Source: Camelus dromedarius (lineage: Eukaryota). From it: a stretch of DNA of 64,000 nt. Each line of letters starts with the position of its first letter. Position 1 is the first letter of the stretch. Below, piece by piece: positions 43,395 to 56,720 of the stretch. Made by a program: the position numbers and the translations under genes. The notes beneath the pieces are model-generated. The model ran no database searches. It had not been told where the DNA came from and was given only the letters and a program-made list of their open reading frames with translations. The stretch covers positions 20,338,001-20,402,000 of the forward strand of contig NC_087437.1 of the NCBI RefSeq assembly GCF_036321535.1, given 5' to 3'.

Positions 43395-43851
43395 TGTGCA
43401 TTGGTTTCCTTTTGCTGCTGTAACATATTAGTAGCTTAAACAATACAAACTGATTTACTATCTTACAATTCTGGAGATCAGAAATCCAGGGTGTGAGCAA
43501 AGCTGTGTTCTTTGTGGAGGCCGTAGGGGGGAAATTCATTCCCTTGCCTTTCCCTGCTTCAAGCAGCTGCCCGTGTTCCTTGGCTCATGGCCTCTTCCTC
43601 CGTGTTCAAAGCCAGCAGCATTAGGCTGAGTCCTCACACCGTCATCTCCTTGGTTCTCTTCGGCCTCCCTGTTCCACTCGGAAGGACTCTTGTGACTACA
43701 TTGGGTCCATCTGATGACTCGGAAGACTCTCCCTATCTTAAAGGCAGCTGACTAGCAACTTAATTCCCCTCTGCCATGTAACATAACGTATTCACAGGTT
43801 CCTGGGATTAGGACATGGACATCTTTGGGGGGCCATGATTCTGCCTACCAC
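43395..43851 (-). mobile_element. MaLR LTR (MLT1D-like)
   Basis: tgtgcattggtttccttttgctgctgtaaca...ggattaggacatggacatctttggggggccatgattctgcctaccaca. Confidence 0.85.
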
Positions 43852-44599
43852 AATTTATAAACCAGATGTCCCAGGGTACAGCAGATCTGGAGGTAAATAT
43901 TCAGGCCCCAGAATAGTCACAAACTGGTACCATTCTGGGTCTTTCTCTATAGCTCTTCAGGAAATGCACCAAGCCTTGCCCCCCACCCATCCTCTCAAAT
44001 TCCTTCTCCATCTGTACTGGGTCCCACCGCCCAAGGGTGTGTCTCACGTGTGCTCTGGAAGTAGTCTTGCCAGCTACCCTGAGCATCTGCAGCTGCGCCC
44101 CCTTCCTGCTCAGGCATCTTACCATGGTTTCATGAAATCCCCCTACTGGTTTTAATTCTGTCCCTACTGCAGACACTCTGCCTTAGTCAGAGACATGCAT
44201 CTTCAGGGGTTGGGGTTAGAGGACCATCTGAGTGACCGACACTATTCTACATTCAGAATAACTACCACACACCTAACTGGACACCCACCCACAAACTCAC
44301 AGTGACCCCCTGCCCTGAAACAAAATCAAAATGGCTTGCATTCTCTCTCACTCCTTAGAATTCATTCTTTTCCAAAGGGCTCCTTGATCCTTCATGTAAG
44401 TAGAACCCTAGGTGCCTTCCTACTTGCCCTGTAGGTAGGTTTGAACCCTGGAGTGAATATAATTTAAGCTCAAGCTGGACCTCATACACTGAAGGTTGAA
44501 TTAGACACCTCAGGTCTGACTAATGACCAACATTGGTCTATGCAAGGCCCTTTTTGTGGCTATATGTTTGTCCTCCTTTGTGAGCATTCCTCCCTAGGT

Positions 44600-47350
44600 C
44601 TCCAGTCTAGTATGTTTTATTTGTATCGTGTTGCTTTTATGTGTTCCTACATAGTATGTATCATTTTGAATGTGATAATTAATCCTCACCAATAGTATTG
44701 TGTTACATAACTTACTTTATGTCTTATCTGCTTTCCCTGAACACTGCGTTTTTATGATCCATCCATGTTGTTAGGCACATGTGGTCCCTTACTCCTAATG
44801 CCGCCTCATCCTTTCCAGCGTGCATCTGCCCGCCACATTTTACCTGTCTGCTCAGCCAGTGTGGACACCCACGTGACCTCCAATAATGCTGCAGTGAATG
44901 CCTCACTCATGACATTTTGTGGGTGGGAGGTGTGTGGGAATCTCTCTGGGACACTGTGTTAGTTTGCTAGGGCTGCCCATCAAGATGCTACAGAGTAGGC
45001 AGCTTGAACAACAAACATTTGTTTTCTCACAGGTTTGGAGGCCAGGAGTCCAAGATCAAGGTATTGTGGGTCTGCTTTCTTTTGAGGCCTCTCCCCTTGG
45101 CTTGCAAACGTCTGCCTATTCCCTGTGTCCTCGCATGGCTATTTCTCACCCGAGCGCATCTCTGTTGTGTCTCTCTGTGTCCAAATTTCCTCTTCTTATA
45201 AGGACAACAGACAGGTTGGATTGGGGCCCACCCTAATGACCTGATTTTAACTTAATCACCTCTTTAAAGGTCCATTCTGAAGTACTGGGAATAGGATTTC
45301 AGCACTTGAATTTTGGGAGGACACAGGTTAGCCCTCGTCAGATACATACCATGAGTGAAACTGCTGGGTGGCAGAGTGTGTGCGTGCTTGTTCTGACTGC
45401 ATGCGTGTACACTTACATAAGGAACGAATGAGGGCCTCTATCCTCAGCCCTGCCTGCATTTGGCATGATCCAGCTTTCTACTTTTTCGCTAGCCCAACAG
45501 GTATAAAGGGCTATCTCCTCATTGTTTAAAATTTCATTTCATATGCTTGTTAGTTTTCAGGATTTTTCTCTTCTGTAAATAGCCTGCTAAATATCTTTTG
45601 CCCATTTTTCAATTGCATTTTTCTTTTTCTAGGAGATTTGCAGAATGACCTTATATATTCTAGATAATGGTTTTAGACATCGCTAATATCGTCTCTATTC
45701 TGACATTTGTCTGTTAACTTTGTTCATCATGTACTTCATGAAATAGGAGAAGGCTTCAATTTTGATGTGATCAAAGCCATCAGTTTATTTTTTTTTCATG
45801 GTTTTACCTCTAAAAGTTTTGTTTAAAAAGTCCTTCCTTAGGCTTAGATCACAGAGATAATCTTCCACATATTCTTTCATAAACTTTAGTTTCACCTTCA
45901 AATTTAGAACTTAAATCCATCCAGAGTCTGCCTTTGTATGTAGTGCTAAGTAGAGATGGACTTTTTTGGCCATCTAGTGGGTAGGTTTTCCCAACATCAT
46001 CTCCCAAGCAGTGTCCTCTCCGTTAGAATATAATAAAGGTGCCACTCTGACCTTGTATTAAATTGCTATATATTTAGGGGTGTGTCTCTAAGCTCTGTTG
46101 TAGCCCACTGGTCTGTCTGTTCTTATGTCAAAACCACACCAGTTTTATTGTTGTTTAACCTCAGCTTTGTGCTATGTCTTAATGAACTGCTAAGGTAAGC
46201 CTACCCATTACCCCTCTTTCTTTTTTAAGGTTTATTTAATCATAGAAATGTATTCCCTCCTGTAAATTTTGGAGTAAGTAAGTGGAATTCCTTTAAAAAA
46301 TTCCAGACACTGAGGCACTGAGTTTCTAATTTGGAGACAACGTTTTTGGAATATGTCTGGCTTTTACTCAGATCATCTCCTGTGTGCTTTACTAGGTCTT
46401 TTAAGTCCTTCTCATAGAGGCACTCTAGGTTCCTAGTTAAACCAGGCATTTTACAAACTTAGTTGATATTATTAACGTTATTTTATATTTTATTATATTT
46501 TCTAATGTATTGCTGGTTTAGAATAAGAACGACTGGTGTTCATAGGTTAATTTTGATTCCAGCAATCTCAATAAACTCAGCTATTCTGAGAGTCTCTCTG
46601 TTGATTCTGCTTGGTTTTCTGGGCACGTGATCCTTTCATCTATAAATAATGACAGTTTCATCTCTTTTCTTACAATTCTTGAACCTCTCTTTCTTTTTCT
46701 TTCCTTATAGCTTTGGCCAGGGCTACTGGTGCTACAAAAATGGTGGCTGTGAGAGTTGATATCCTTTTCTTATTCCTGATCCTAATGTTTCCCCATTGAG
46801 CTATGATAATTTTTTAATCTAGTTTTTCTGATGTATAATCCTTATTAAATTAAGGAAACTTCCTTCTACTAAATTTCTGAGAACTTATGCAACCTTATGG
46901 ATTTTTTGTATTATTTGAGATAATCATGATTTTTCTCCTTTAGGCATTAATGAAATAAATTACATTGATTTTTCTGATGTTAAACTCTATTTGCATTCAT
47001 GGAATAAACCCTATGTGAGCATGATGTAGTATGTTTTAATATTCTTGGTTTTAGTTAGCTCATTTTATTTTGGATTATTGCATCTATGATCATAACATGA
47101 AGCAGACCTTTGCTTCTATTGTTTTTATCTGGTTCTGGAATCAGTATTTTACTAGCTTGATAAAATGAGCTAGGAAACTATTGCTCTTGTCCTATTTTCT
47201 AGAACAACTCTTTCTTACAAGTTTGTTAGAATTCATTTGGAAAACCATCTCAGCTTTTTGGACAGGGAAGGGGATTTAGAACTCCCATTTCAATTTCTTT
47301 GGTATCTCAAGTTCTGCTCTCTGTTTCTTCTGTCCTGTTTCAGTCTGATC
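44600..47350 (-). mobile_element. Ancient antisense L1 (L1ME-like), interrupted by an MLT1 LTR
   Basis: Antisense L1 3' end and ORF2 motifs (ctataaataatgacagtttcatctctttt; ttgcattcatggaataaaccc; gcttgataaaatgagctaggaa). Confidence 0.7.
44955..45340 (-). mobile_element. MaLR LTR (MLT1B/C-like)
   Basis: tgtgttagtttgctagggctgcc...ggaggccaggagtccaagatcaagg...ggcccaccctaatgacctgattttaacttaatcacctctttaaagg. Confidence 0.85.
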
Positions 47351-48568
47351 CTCTTGTTCATAGATACCTCAATCCCCACTGCCCCATTCACATGTTTCAC
47401 TCAGTCTTTACCTCTGGAGATCCTGCCTATACTTTAAAGCAGAACTTTAATCTCTATTTTTATGAGTCAATTTCCAACCCGGCACAACACTGTTATCCCT
47501 TCCTCATTGCCCCCGATAGCTCTGGGTGTACATCTTACACATTTATATCACCCTTGCCAGGGTTATCTCTATGTGCTATTTCCATTTTTATCCAGCAATG
47601 TCATACATAAAACATGATCTCTACCTTGCATGAAGCCCTGTTTTCTCTAAAACTAAAAATAAATTTAGTAAAACTAGAGAGCATAATAGTAATATGTGTC
47701 TATTTTTTGCCCTTTCTCTTTGAATACAAACATTAAAAGTTAGAAGCTTTGTGCATAGAGACTTTGTACAAACATTGTTCTTCATCATCCAAACTGCATC
47801 CCCACCCCATCTGCCCTACGAAGTCCTGCCTGATTCATCTAGACAGAGCTCACTGCTCTAGGCAGCTGTCTTACATACCTGGATCTCAACCTCAGTCCCT
47901 AAATTCCTCCTCAGTAATGTGTATTGGAGGGAACAGGAATGCTGGCAGACCTGAGATGTGGGGAAATCCACCACCTTCCAGGTAAGGCGTGGAGATCCAC
48001 ATCTAAGCTGAGCTGGTGCGACTTCTAGGAGGGTCCTGCTACCCATTGCAACCTGCCTGTTCTAGGTAGCACTGACTATTCACTGTGATCAGGGATAGTA
48101 TGAAGCCGCAAAGAGAAACAAATGGCAGGTGTATAAACTATGGTTCTATTTACCTTTCATTCACTTTTCTAAGAAATTTGTCTTTACCATAATGTTGGAA
48201 TTACAGAGATGAAAGACTGTCATTTCCCCTACACCCCAGTCAAGGTGCTCACAGTCTGGTAAGAAAATCAAACACACTAGCTGAAATCTACACACAATAA
48301 GAGCTGTGCCAGAAGCAACTTCCAGGGCCTGGGGGAGGCCCCGGGGGCTACTCTCTGGTGAAGCCCACCTGGGGTCACAACCCTAACATAGTCATCAGCA
48401 CTCAGTCCCATGAGCTGCCTTAGGGAAGTGGGACCTTTTCTGTGAAATTCCAACCCCACCACATATTAGCTGTGGGACTTTAGGAAAGCTGCCCTGTCCT
48501 TCTGAGCCTCAGGTTCTCCATCTATAAAATGGGGTCAACAGCCCCTGCCCCCGAGGTGGTCGACATGA

Positions 48569-48760
<192 letters not shown>

Positions 48761-48921
48761 GCCGCCGCAGAGCAGGCAGCAGCCTCAGAGACACACCACA
48801 GAATAGGCAGATACAGACACACACGTACGTATATGTATTTTTCTCACCACGGTCTTCAAGGAGGTTGTAGACGATGTTCCCGGGACCTCTGAGCCATTTC
48901 AGCAGGAGTCTGCTAAGAGCT

Positions 48922-48927
48922 AATAAA
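48922..48927 (+). terminator. TRIM42 polyadenylation signal AATAAA
   Basis: About 160 nt after the stop codon, followed by a GU-rich tract (tgttgtggcttgctgtttgtt, ~48941-48961); a secondary ATTAAA at 48963. Confidence 0.8.
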
Positions 48928-50459
48928 AGGAGATGCCTGATGTTGTGGCTTGCTGTTTGTTCATTAAATTGAAACTAAGATGCAGAACTGTCAGCCAGTT
49001 GCTCTGTTCCATTAGCTGAGGCCTCACCCTCGGCTCGGAATTCTGAGGTGTTTTGTATGCCACGGTGTTGATTAAAACAGAGGGGCACTCTCTTTGCCGT
49101 CAGGCCCCCGGGTGTGTGCTTTTACCCTGGTCTAACTAGCAGTCGGTGTTGGGGCACGTCACAGATGGATGGGGAGCTCATGCCCCCACCGTGCAGTCTG
49201 TTTTAACAGTAAAAGGCCAGCATTGTTAGAATGTTCCTCCTAATGACTGAGCCTGAACTTGCCTTCCCATAACTTTAACCCCATGGTCGAGGTCTGCCTC
49301 TGAGCCACAGAGAATGAGAGCACTTCCTGTTCTCCTCACTCCGTCGAGTCCCCAGAGCAAAGGAGGGGCAGTAGAATGCCTGAGGGGAGGCCCCCGCTAT
49401 GGTCCTCTGAAGCAATGCCCGAAAGAATGGCGGAGTCGTGTGTCAGCTCCAGCCTCCCTGTAGTTGGCCAGGCCCTTCAGACAAAGTGAAGCCCCAGAGT
49501 TTCCTGCCTGACAAGGACCCATCTGCCTGGAATGACCCTCTGCTGCCTAGAAAACACCACTGGTCTTTTAAGACCCAGCTCAACCACTCTTCTGGGAGCC
49601 TTTGCTGATTCTCCAGGTGGGAGTGATCCCTCCTTTCTCCCCTGGGTTCTCACTAAGAGCCCCCTCCCCCTCCCCCTCCCATCCCCCATAGAGACATCTC
49701 TTCCGGCCATGATGCTCAGGAGCTCTCATTAGTCCCCAGTCTTTAGGGCAGAGACGGCATCTCATTCATTCTGTCCCAGTGGCTGGCTTAGGGAACCTCC
49801 GTGCACGTTAGTCCCAGGGACAGAGGAACTACCCCAGAAGACAAACAGAATGACCCCTCTATGAGCCCCACCCACCATGTGCCAGTTTGCATGATGAGGG
49901 TCTACACACAGAAGCGGGAGAGGGCATGGAAAGGGCCAGGCGGTCAGTGGTCTCCACCTCCTCTAATCCTATCCTTTTCATGAGCTGTCCCGCTGGCAGG
50001 TGTGGCCGGCCCATCTCGCTTCATGCATAGGACTATGTCTTTGCAACCCTTTATTTTGCCCAGAGGCTCAGCATCAGAGCCAGAAGAGGCCCTTTCCCTG
50101 TGAGAGGTCCCTAGTGAAGATCTTCTAATAATGTGAGATGAAGCCAAGCAGATTCCTGCCCCGCCCCCCGACAGTATTATAAGAAGGAATACCCAAGGGA
50201 GCTTCGTGATGATCCTATTACTGTAAATGATGGCTTGAATCCACCATCAGATTTGGTATTACCATATAATCATTTCTGTAAAAGGCTTCAGAATCATCAT
50301 TAGCACGGGGAGCAAATTAAATGACATGCCAGCAGGGATTTTACTACGGCTAAACTAAAATGAAATTAAACTAAAAAAAAATGATACAAAATTTGCATTA
50401 CAATGATCACACCTGCTCACAGAGCCAAGAAGGATGACAGAATCAGAAGAATCAGAGAA

Positions 50460-50911
50460 TCTATTTCTGTCCTGTATTTACGCTTTGGTTTTTTTGTTTG
50501 TTTGTTTGTTTTTGTTTTTATTTTTATTTTTTAGATTACACATATGAGCAATCTCATATGGTATTTTTCTTTCTCTTTCTGGCTTACTTCACTTAGAATG
50601 ACATTCTCCAGGAGCATCCATGTTGCTGCAAATAGACTCATAGACATAGAATACAGACTTGTGGTTGCCAGGGGGGCGGAGGGTGGGAAGGGATAGACTG
50701 GGATTTCAAAATTGTAGAATAGATAAACAAGATTATACTGTATAGCACAGGGAAATATACACAAAATCTTACGGTAGCTCACAGAGAAAAAAATGTGACA
50801 ATGAGTGTGTATATGTCCATGTATGACTGAAAAATTGTGCTGAACACTGGAATTTGACACAATATTGTAAAATGATTATAAATCAATAAAAAAATGTTAA
50901 AAAAAAAAAAA
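50460..50911 (+). mobile_element. Young short L1 insertion with 5' inversion
   Basis: 50460-50633 antisense and 50630-50911 sense, with poly(A) tail; perfect 13-bp TSD AAGAATCAGAGAA at 50447-50459 and 50912-50924; 3' UTR nearly the same as that of the L1 ending at 11373. Confidence 0.95.
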
Positions 50912-51724
50912 AAGAATCAGAGAAGCCCCAGCACCCTGATCTTGGATCTTGCCTCTCTAGAGAACATGTCAATTTGCATTCAGCGACCAAGACAGTTGGT
51001 GAGATTCTCCGAGAGGTCCACTTAACCAGTAGCTGAGCTGTTCTTCGAAATGCAAGATGGGACTTCTTACTGGTGCAGAAACCCCTGCATGTCATTTGGT
51101 CTCTGAGGTTATGATTCACAGAGTGCCCCTTCCCAGGGCCCTTCCTGAGATATAAAAAGGGAGTTACGGATCTGGTTTAACACCAGCTCTTCACTGGCTC
51201 ACTGTGTGACCTTGAGCAAGTCCCTCTTTTACTCTGGGTGTCAGCTTCTTTGTCTATAGGATGATATGGGATATGGTTTGACTAGATATTTTATAATGGA
51301 TCTTTAATAAAATGAGAATAATGCTGCTTTCCCTGCTTCTGAGATTTGTTGTCAGATTCAAATGAGTGATACACGTGAAAGCATGTTACAAAGTTACAAA
51401 TGCTGCCAAAGAGGATGAAGTTTTATAAAGTGCAAACACATATGTGCATAGTAGTACATAAATGTATATATGCCAACTATAACCAACAGATTCATAAACA
51501 TACTATGTTGGTATATTCATAAATACACCACGATGTTGAGCCGTCATCTCTCTGTGTGTCTACATATTTCAACATCCCTACCTGTCTTCCTTTAGCGAAG
51601 GGTCTATGTCTGCAGGAACAGATAACGAGTGGCAGTGTCTACTTGAAAACAGCTTGTAGAATATTAGTGAAGTTGCCAGCTAAATAAATATAGTTTCCTT
51701 TTTTTATTCTTCAAATGCATCTTA

Positions 51725-51885
51725 TTTTATTTTTTTCAAAACAACTTTTTATTTATTTATAATGTTGTGTTAGTTCAGCTATATAGCAAAGTGATTCAGA
51801 TAAATACATATTCTTTTTCAGATTCTTTTTCAGATTCTTTTCCAGTATAGGTTATTATAAGATATTGAATATAGTTCCCTGTCCC
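51725..51885 (-). mobile_element. Short antisense L1 3' UTR fragment
   Basis: ataatgttgtgttagtt...gcaaagtgattcag...tataggttattataagatattgaatatagttccctgt. Confidence 0.75.
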
Positions 51886-51946
51886 ATAAATAGGTGGAAA
51901 TGGTAGTTTTTTGTACCTCCCCTCTTCTTTCTTCCCTTCTTTCTTC

Positions 51947-52014
<68 letters not shown>
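51947..52014. repeat. (CTTT)17 microsatellite within a longer polypyrimidine tract (~51916-52024)
   Basis: Perfect tetranucleotide run read directly. Confidence 0.98.
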
Positions 52015-52016
<2 letters not shown>

Positions 52017-52249
52017 CTCTTTCTATTTGATATTCACTCTAGATTCCTTCATTTAACGCGTCTATAATGAGACTTAGGTGCAAGGTTATGGGAACACAGT
52101 GGGGAATTAAACAGACATGGTCCCTGCCCCACATATTTTACAGTCTAATGAAGAAGACTGATAAAGACAATATATAGATGACTGGACATGGTGAAAAGTG
52201 CTGGGAAGGAAAGGGGCATGGAGCTGGGAGGGATCAATTCTAAAGAAGG

Positions 52250-52568
52250 TGCAGTGGACTGAATGCTGTGTCCTCCCAAATGCATATGCTGAAACCCTAA
52301 TCCCAACGTGATGGTATTTGGAGGTTGGCCTTGGGAGGTATTATGTTTTGAGGGTGGGGCCCTTGTGAGTGGGATTAGTGCTCTTACAAGATGAGGTCGG
52401 AGAGCTAGCTCACTCCCTTTCCACACCCCAGACAAGGGCTGACCAGAACCTGACCAGGCTGGCATCCTGATCTTGCATTTCCAGCCTCTAGAACTGTGGG
52501 AAATAAATTTCTGTTGTTATAAGACACCCAGTCTGTGATACTTTGCTATAACCACCCAAACGGACAGA
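52250..52568 (+). mobile_element. MaLR LTR (MLT1A-like)
   Basis: tggactgaatg..tgtgtcctcccaaa..catatgctgaaaccctaatcccaacgtgatggtatttggagg...aataaatttctgttgttataagacacccagtct. Confidence 0.85.
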
Positions 52569-53197
52569 GGCTGTCAGTAAAGGGCTCCCTGAGAGAGGTG
52601 AATTTAAAGCTGTCTCCTTAAGAATGGGGAGGAAGCAGCCATGTGACAAGCAGAGGGGGAAAGCATTTCAAACAGAGCAGCAGCAGGTGCCAAGGCCCTG
52701 AGGCAGGAAAAAAAAAAACAAAAAAACAGGAACACAGCCCAGGGGCTGGATTGCAGGAAACAAGGTGGAGAGAAGGGTGGGTAAATGGCCTTGGCAGAAC
52801 TTGTGGGCCATCACAGAGGGCATGCATCTCAGGAAGCTGTAAGCCAGGCACAACCCTCTTTATATTTGAGTAGTATAGTTTTTGGTTCCGTGTGGGAAGT
52901 GTGTTGTGGGGAGCCAAGTGAAAAGACAAGAGGATGATTAGCACAAGTGTGGTACCCGGGCTGGGGGCACAGATGCAAGGGTGAATCAAGAGCCTTTCTG
53001 ACCAGTGGGGTGTGTCGGGGTGAGCAGGAGAGAATAATCAGGATGGTGTCAAAGATTCTGGACTGAGCGCTGGGGGTGGATGATAGATCCAAACGGGGAG
53101 AATAGACGAGTTTTGGGGAAACATCAGAGCTCTGCCTTGGATGACTGAAGATGCCTGAGGCACTAGTGAGTGGAATCAGTTAGTGGCAGGTGGGGGT

Positions 53198-53850
53198 TGT
53201 ATCAGTCTGATTCAGTCCGGAAAACGGAAACCACACCAGTCATTTTACCAGCGAGAACTCAATACAGGATTGGTTCAACAGATGCTGGAGGACTGAGGAC
53301 AGAAAAGGGACACTGGGATAACACAGAGGTGGCAACTATCATCCCAGGAGCCACTGTCACCCCTGAGACGGGGGGAATGAAGGGAAGAGGTTGGGGTTTA
53401 CAGAACCAGAGGTTCAGAGGAGGAGCCCTGCTGAGCTGGGACCCAGATCTCTGAGCAAGAGTCACTGCCAGGCTGGTGCTGGTGTCTCTGGCAGTGTTTC
53501 AGGGGTCGGTTCTAGGAGTGGAGGGGAAGAAAGCTGAACGCTGATAGCAATGGCCAAACTGCCATAGCCTAGGACGGACCACTGCTGCAGTGATGCCGCC
53601 CAGAAGAAGGAGCAAGGCGGAAAGAGGCTCTTTTCTTTTCCCCTCCCAGGCTTCCAGTCTGGGGCTTCCTCTGGTGCCTCTGCTAGCAGAGCCTAGCGGA
53701 GCCAGCTGGCCAAAGGAAAAGGGAAGGGAAGGGAAGGGAAAGGAGGGGGGAAAGGAAAGGGAACGCTGTCTGCAGAGCCCCAGCCTCAGCATCAGCGACC
53801 AAGACCAGAAAGAAGGGATTGGGGCTGCAAGACACCAGCTTAATACTTGG
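53198..53850 (-). mobile_element. Probable ancient LTR remnant (family uncertain)
   Basis: Begins tgtatcagtctgattcagtccggaaaacggaaaccacacc, typical of antisense 3' ends of old ERVL/Gypsy-type LTRs; it splits the L2. Confidence 0.45.
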
Positions 53851-54104
53851 CAGAGTTATGTAAGAGTAGGACCCAAAGGATAAGCCTGGGCTGGGGACAC
53901 AAACTCGAGAGTCATCAGTGGATGTGACTCTGTGATTTTTCTAGGACACTCCTGAGATCGATTGTCCCAAACTCAGCTAGGCTCTTCAGGGCAGACCAGA
54001 GAGACATGAAGCCAGTTCCTGTCTTCAGTGGCTTCCTGACCACAAGGCCAACCAGAAAGCAGCCGGACACTGAATATAACCCTTTGCCTCTGGAGCTATG
54101 GGCC

Positions 54105-54265
54105 CCCGCCCCTAAGTGAGCATTGGAATCACCTGTGGAGTTTTCTAAAAATACAGATGCCCAGGTGCCACCCTAGAGCTACTGATCAGATTATGAGGCA
54201 CAGGACCCTGGACATTGGTGTTTTCTAAAAGCCTCTGAGTGATCGTGGGGAACAGCCCTTTCCCA
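54105..54265. mobile_element. hAT-Charlie MITE (MER5A1-like)
   Basis: gcattggaatcacctgtggagttttctaaaaatacagatgcccaggtgccaccctagagctactgatcaga. Confidence 0.7.
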
Positions 54266-54889
54266 GACCAGCAAGCATTTGGGGCCCACTAGATGGTGGC
54301 CTGAGTTGTTGGAAGATGGTTCCTGGCTGTCATAGGACCAGAATGAGCCTTTGAAGAATGGGCAGGAATTGGATAAGGCACAGGCCAGAGGAAAAGCCAC
54401 CACGAGGATGGCTTGCAAAAGGGCGGGGAGACAGGAATGAAGGAGGAACCGGGCACAGAAAATGCTCATGGTTTGAGTTGTTAAATACTGAGTTTACCAT
54501 ATGCACTGTATCTCACCTTTTTGCTTTGGAAGATAATGAGAAATGGGGTACATGGGAAAATAGGGTATCATTTAAACTAATGGTATCATTTTGACAGCCG
54601 CTCTACTCCCAGATAAATAACAGGGTATACACAGGGAATAAAGAGATAAGATGCATCCCAAAGTGGTAGGAGCACTGATACACACAAGTATCCCTATTCT
54701 GCCCACTGCCATGTCTTCCTGCTGCAAGCAGCACCAGTACCCAGGCGCACTCACCCGGCTGTGTCACATGCACACACACACTCCACACTCACTGCTTCGG
54801 ATGTTAGCCATTCCAAGGTCAGTGAAAACTTCCTGAACCAATAGGGACTTGCCTTGAGATGCGAAGGGCTAGATCAAAGAGGCACGGTT

Positions 54890-55225
54890 CTTAAATGTCC
54901 ATCAACAGATAAATCGATAAAGTAGATGTGGTATATATGTATATTATATATATATATATAAAGGAATACATACAAGGAATAATACTCAGCCATAAAAAAG
55001 AAAGGAATAATGCCATTTGCAGTAACATGGTTGGACCTAGAGATTATGATACTAAATGAAGTAAGTCAGAAAGAGAAAGAAATATCACATGATATCACTT
55101 ATATGTGGGATCAAAAAAAATAAGACAAATGAACTCATTTACAAAACAGAAATAGACTCAAAGACGTAGAAAACAAACTTACAGTTACCAAAAGGAAAAG
55201 GGGGAGGAAGGATAAATTAGGAGGG
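54890..55225 (+). mobile_element. L1 ORF2 end / 3' UTR fragment
   Basis: aaatgtccatcaacagat...tactcagccataaaaaag...gccatttgcagtaacatgg...acaaaacagaaatagactca. Confidence 0.85.
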
Positions 55226-56081
55226 GCTGACATGATGGAAGGGATGAGGCGAGATATCTCCCTGTCACTCTGGTTTCCAAATGATCTGTGAAGACATTTT
55301 GGGTTGAAATCAAAGGGTTTCTTTGCCAGCAAACCACTGGAAGAGTCACGTTGTGCAGAAATTCTCAGAAAAGCAAATCTGCTCCAAGGCAAATAATTGA
55401 CTGAATCTAAGGGAAAAAAAATGCAATTTGGGGAGAAGCCCAAGGGATATGGGTGACTGCAAAGCTGAACTGGGCCCATAAGCTTGAATTTTTTATCCCA
55501 AACTGTAGAAGTTAGCAAAATAGAGTCCCAAACAGAGTTCTTCAGATGCCATGAATCTATGCATGACTTCATTTTCATTCCTTTAATTCCACCAGGAGCT
55601 ACAATTTCTAAATTTTCCTTCAGGAAGGAAAAAAAAATCATTTCTCTCAGAAATAATGCTTTCTATATAAAACTGTAGCTGTTTCAGGGTTTATTTCTTT
55701 GATTTTTTTTTCCTTCCAAGAAAATCAAGATAAAGGAAGTCTTTCATCTCAATAAAACCTAGGCATAGGAAGTTTCTCTCCGAGCACCAAAGTGGACAAT
55801 ACATTCACTCCATAAAAACTGACCAAGGGCTGCACCAGCCTGGGCCTGGGCACGTGGAGCGAACTGAGGAGGCTCTGCCTTCCACGGGCATCCACACGTG
55901 AGGCGGTGGGAGAAAGCCAAGTCCACTCCTACGTGGGCTCTGTGTCCAGACCAGGCTCCATGGCAGGAGTGGACCATCCCTGGGGTCATGAAATTTGAAG
56001 GGAATTAAGGGAGCAGAGAAGCGAGGAGTGGGCATTGTAGGCAGGAGAACAGCACTGACGAAGGTGCAGAAGCTGGACGAG

Positions 56082-56720
56082 TGTGAAATGAAACAAAGTG
56101 TATGTATTGGTCTCTGCCCTTGGTTCCTGACACAGAGCTTCCAGAACCCTTGTAGGAGGGGGAGGGTACAGCCTGCAGAAGTTCCTGGGTTCAATCCCCA
56201 GTTCCTCTATTAAAAATAAATAAATAAACCTAATTACCTTCCTCCACACACAAACACACACACAAAAATTAATAAAACCCTTGTAAATAGGAGTGCTAGG
56301 AGGATCCTTTGTTCTAACATGGAGCCTCTGGTCCTGGTTCCCGACGCAGCGCTCCGAAAGCCCTTGTCATCTCCTAAGTGATAGGAGCATTAGGCACATC
56401 TTCTGTTCTAATGAGATGATTCTAGGTGGGCTCCTAAGTGGCTCCTCAGTGGCGGTTGGTCACCACAAACTTAAGTCATGATTGGAAACTTGGAATTTTC
56501 ATCCCCAGCCCCCACCCTTCAGAGAGGGGAGAGGGTCTGGACATGAGTTAACAATCAGTCATGCCTCCGTGATGAAACCCTGGAAATCCCAGGTTCTAGG
56601 AGTTTCTGGGCTCGTGAATACATCCATGTACTGGGAGGGGCTGCACCCCAATTCCACAGGGACAGAAGCTCCTGAACTCAGGACCTTCCCTGACCTCTCC
56701 TTTTGTATCTCTTCATCAAC
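56082..56720 (+). mobile_element. MER21-like LTR fragment carrying a SINE insertion
   Basis: tggtctctgcccttggttcctgacacagagc...ttctaatgagatga...tggtcacca...caatcagtcatgcctccgtgatgaaacc...gggacagaagctcctg. Confidence 0.7.
56157..56275 (+). mobile_element. Internally deleted tRNA-Ala-derived SINE (vic-1-like)
   Basis: ggggagggtacagc joined almost directly to ttcctgggttcaatccccag; same aaataaataaacctaattacc tail as the 3195 copy; flanking direct repeat aacccttgta (~56145 and ~56276). Confidence 0.8.

Larger units (their letters stand above)
52045..53930 (-). mobile_element. L2 remnant interrupted by LTR insertions
   Basis: Antisense L2 motifs (acagacatggtccctgccc; acagagcagcagcaggtgccaaggccctgaggcagga; gggctggggacacaaactcgagagtcatcag). 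Confidence 0.65.

Noticed and set aside
55135..55641. 168-aa minus-strand ORF
   Set aside because: No recognisable domain, its end runs into antisense L1, and no splice or Kozak support is evident.
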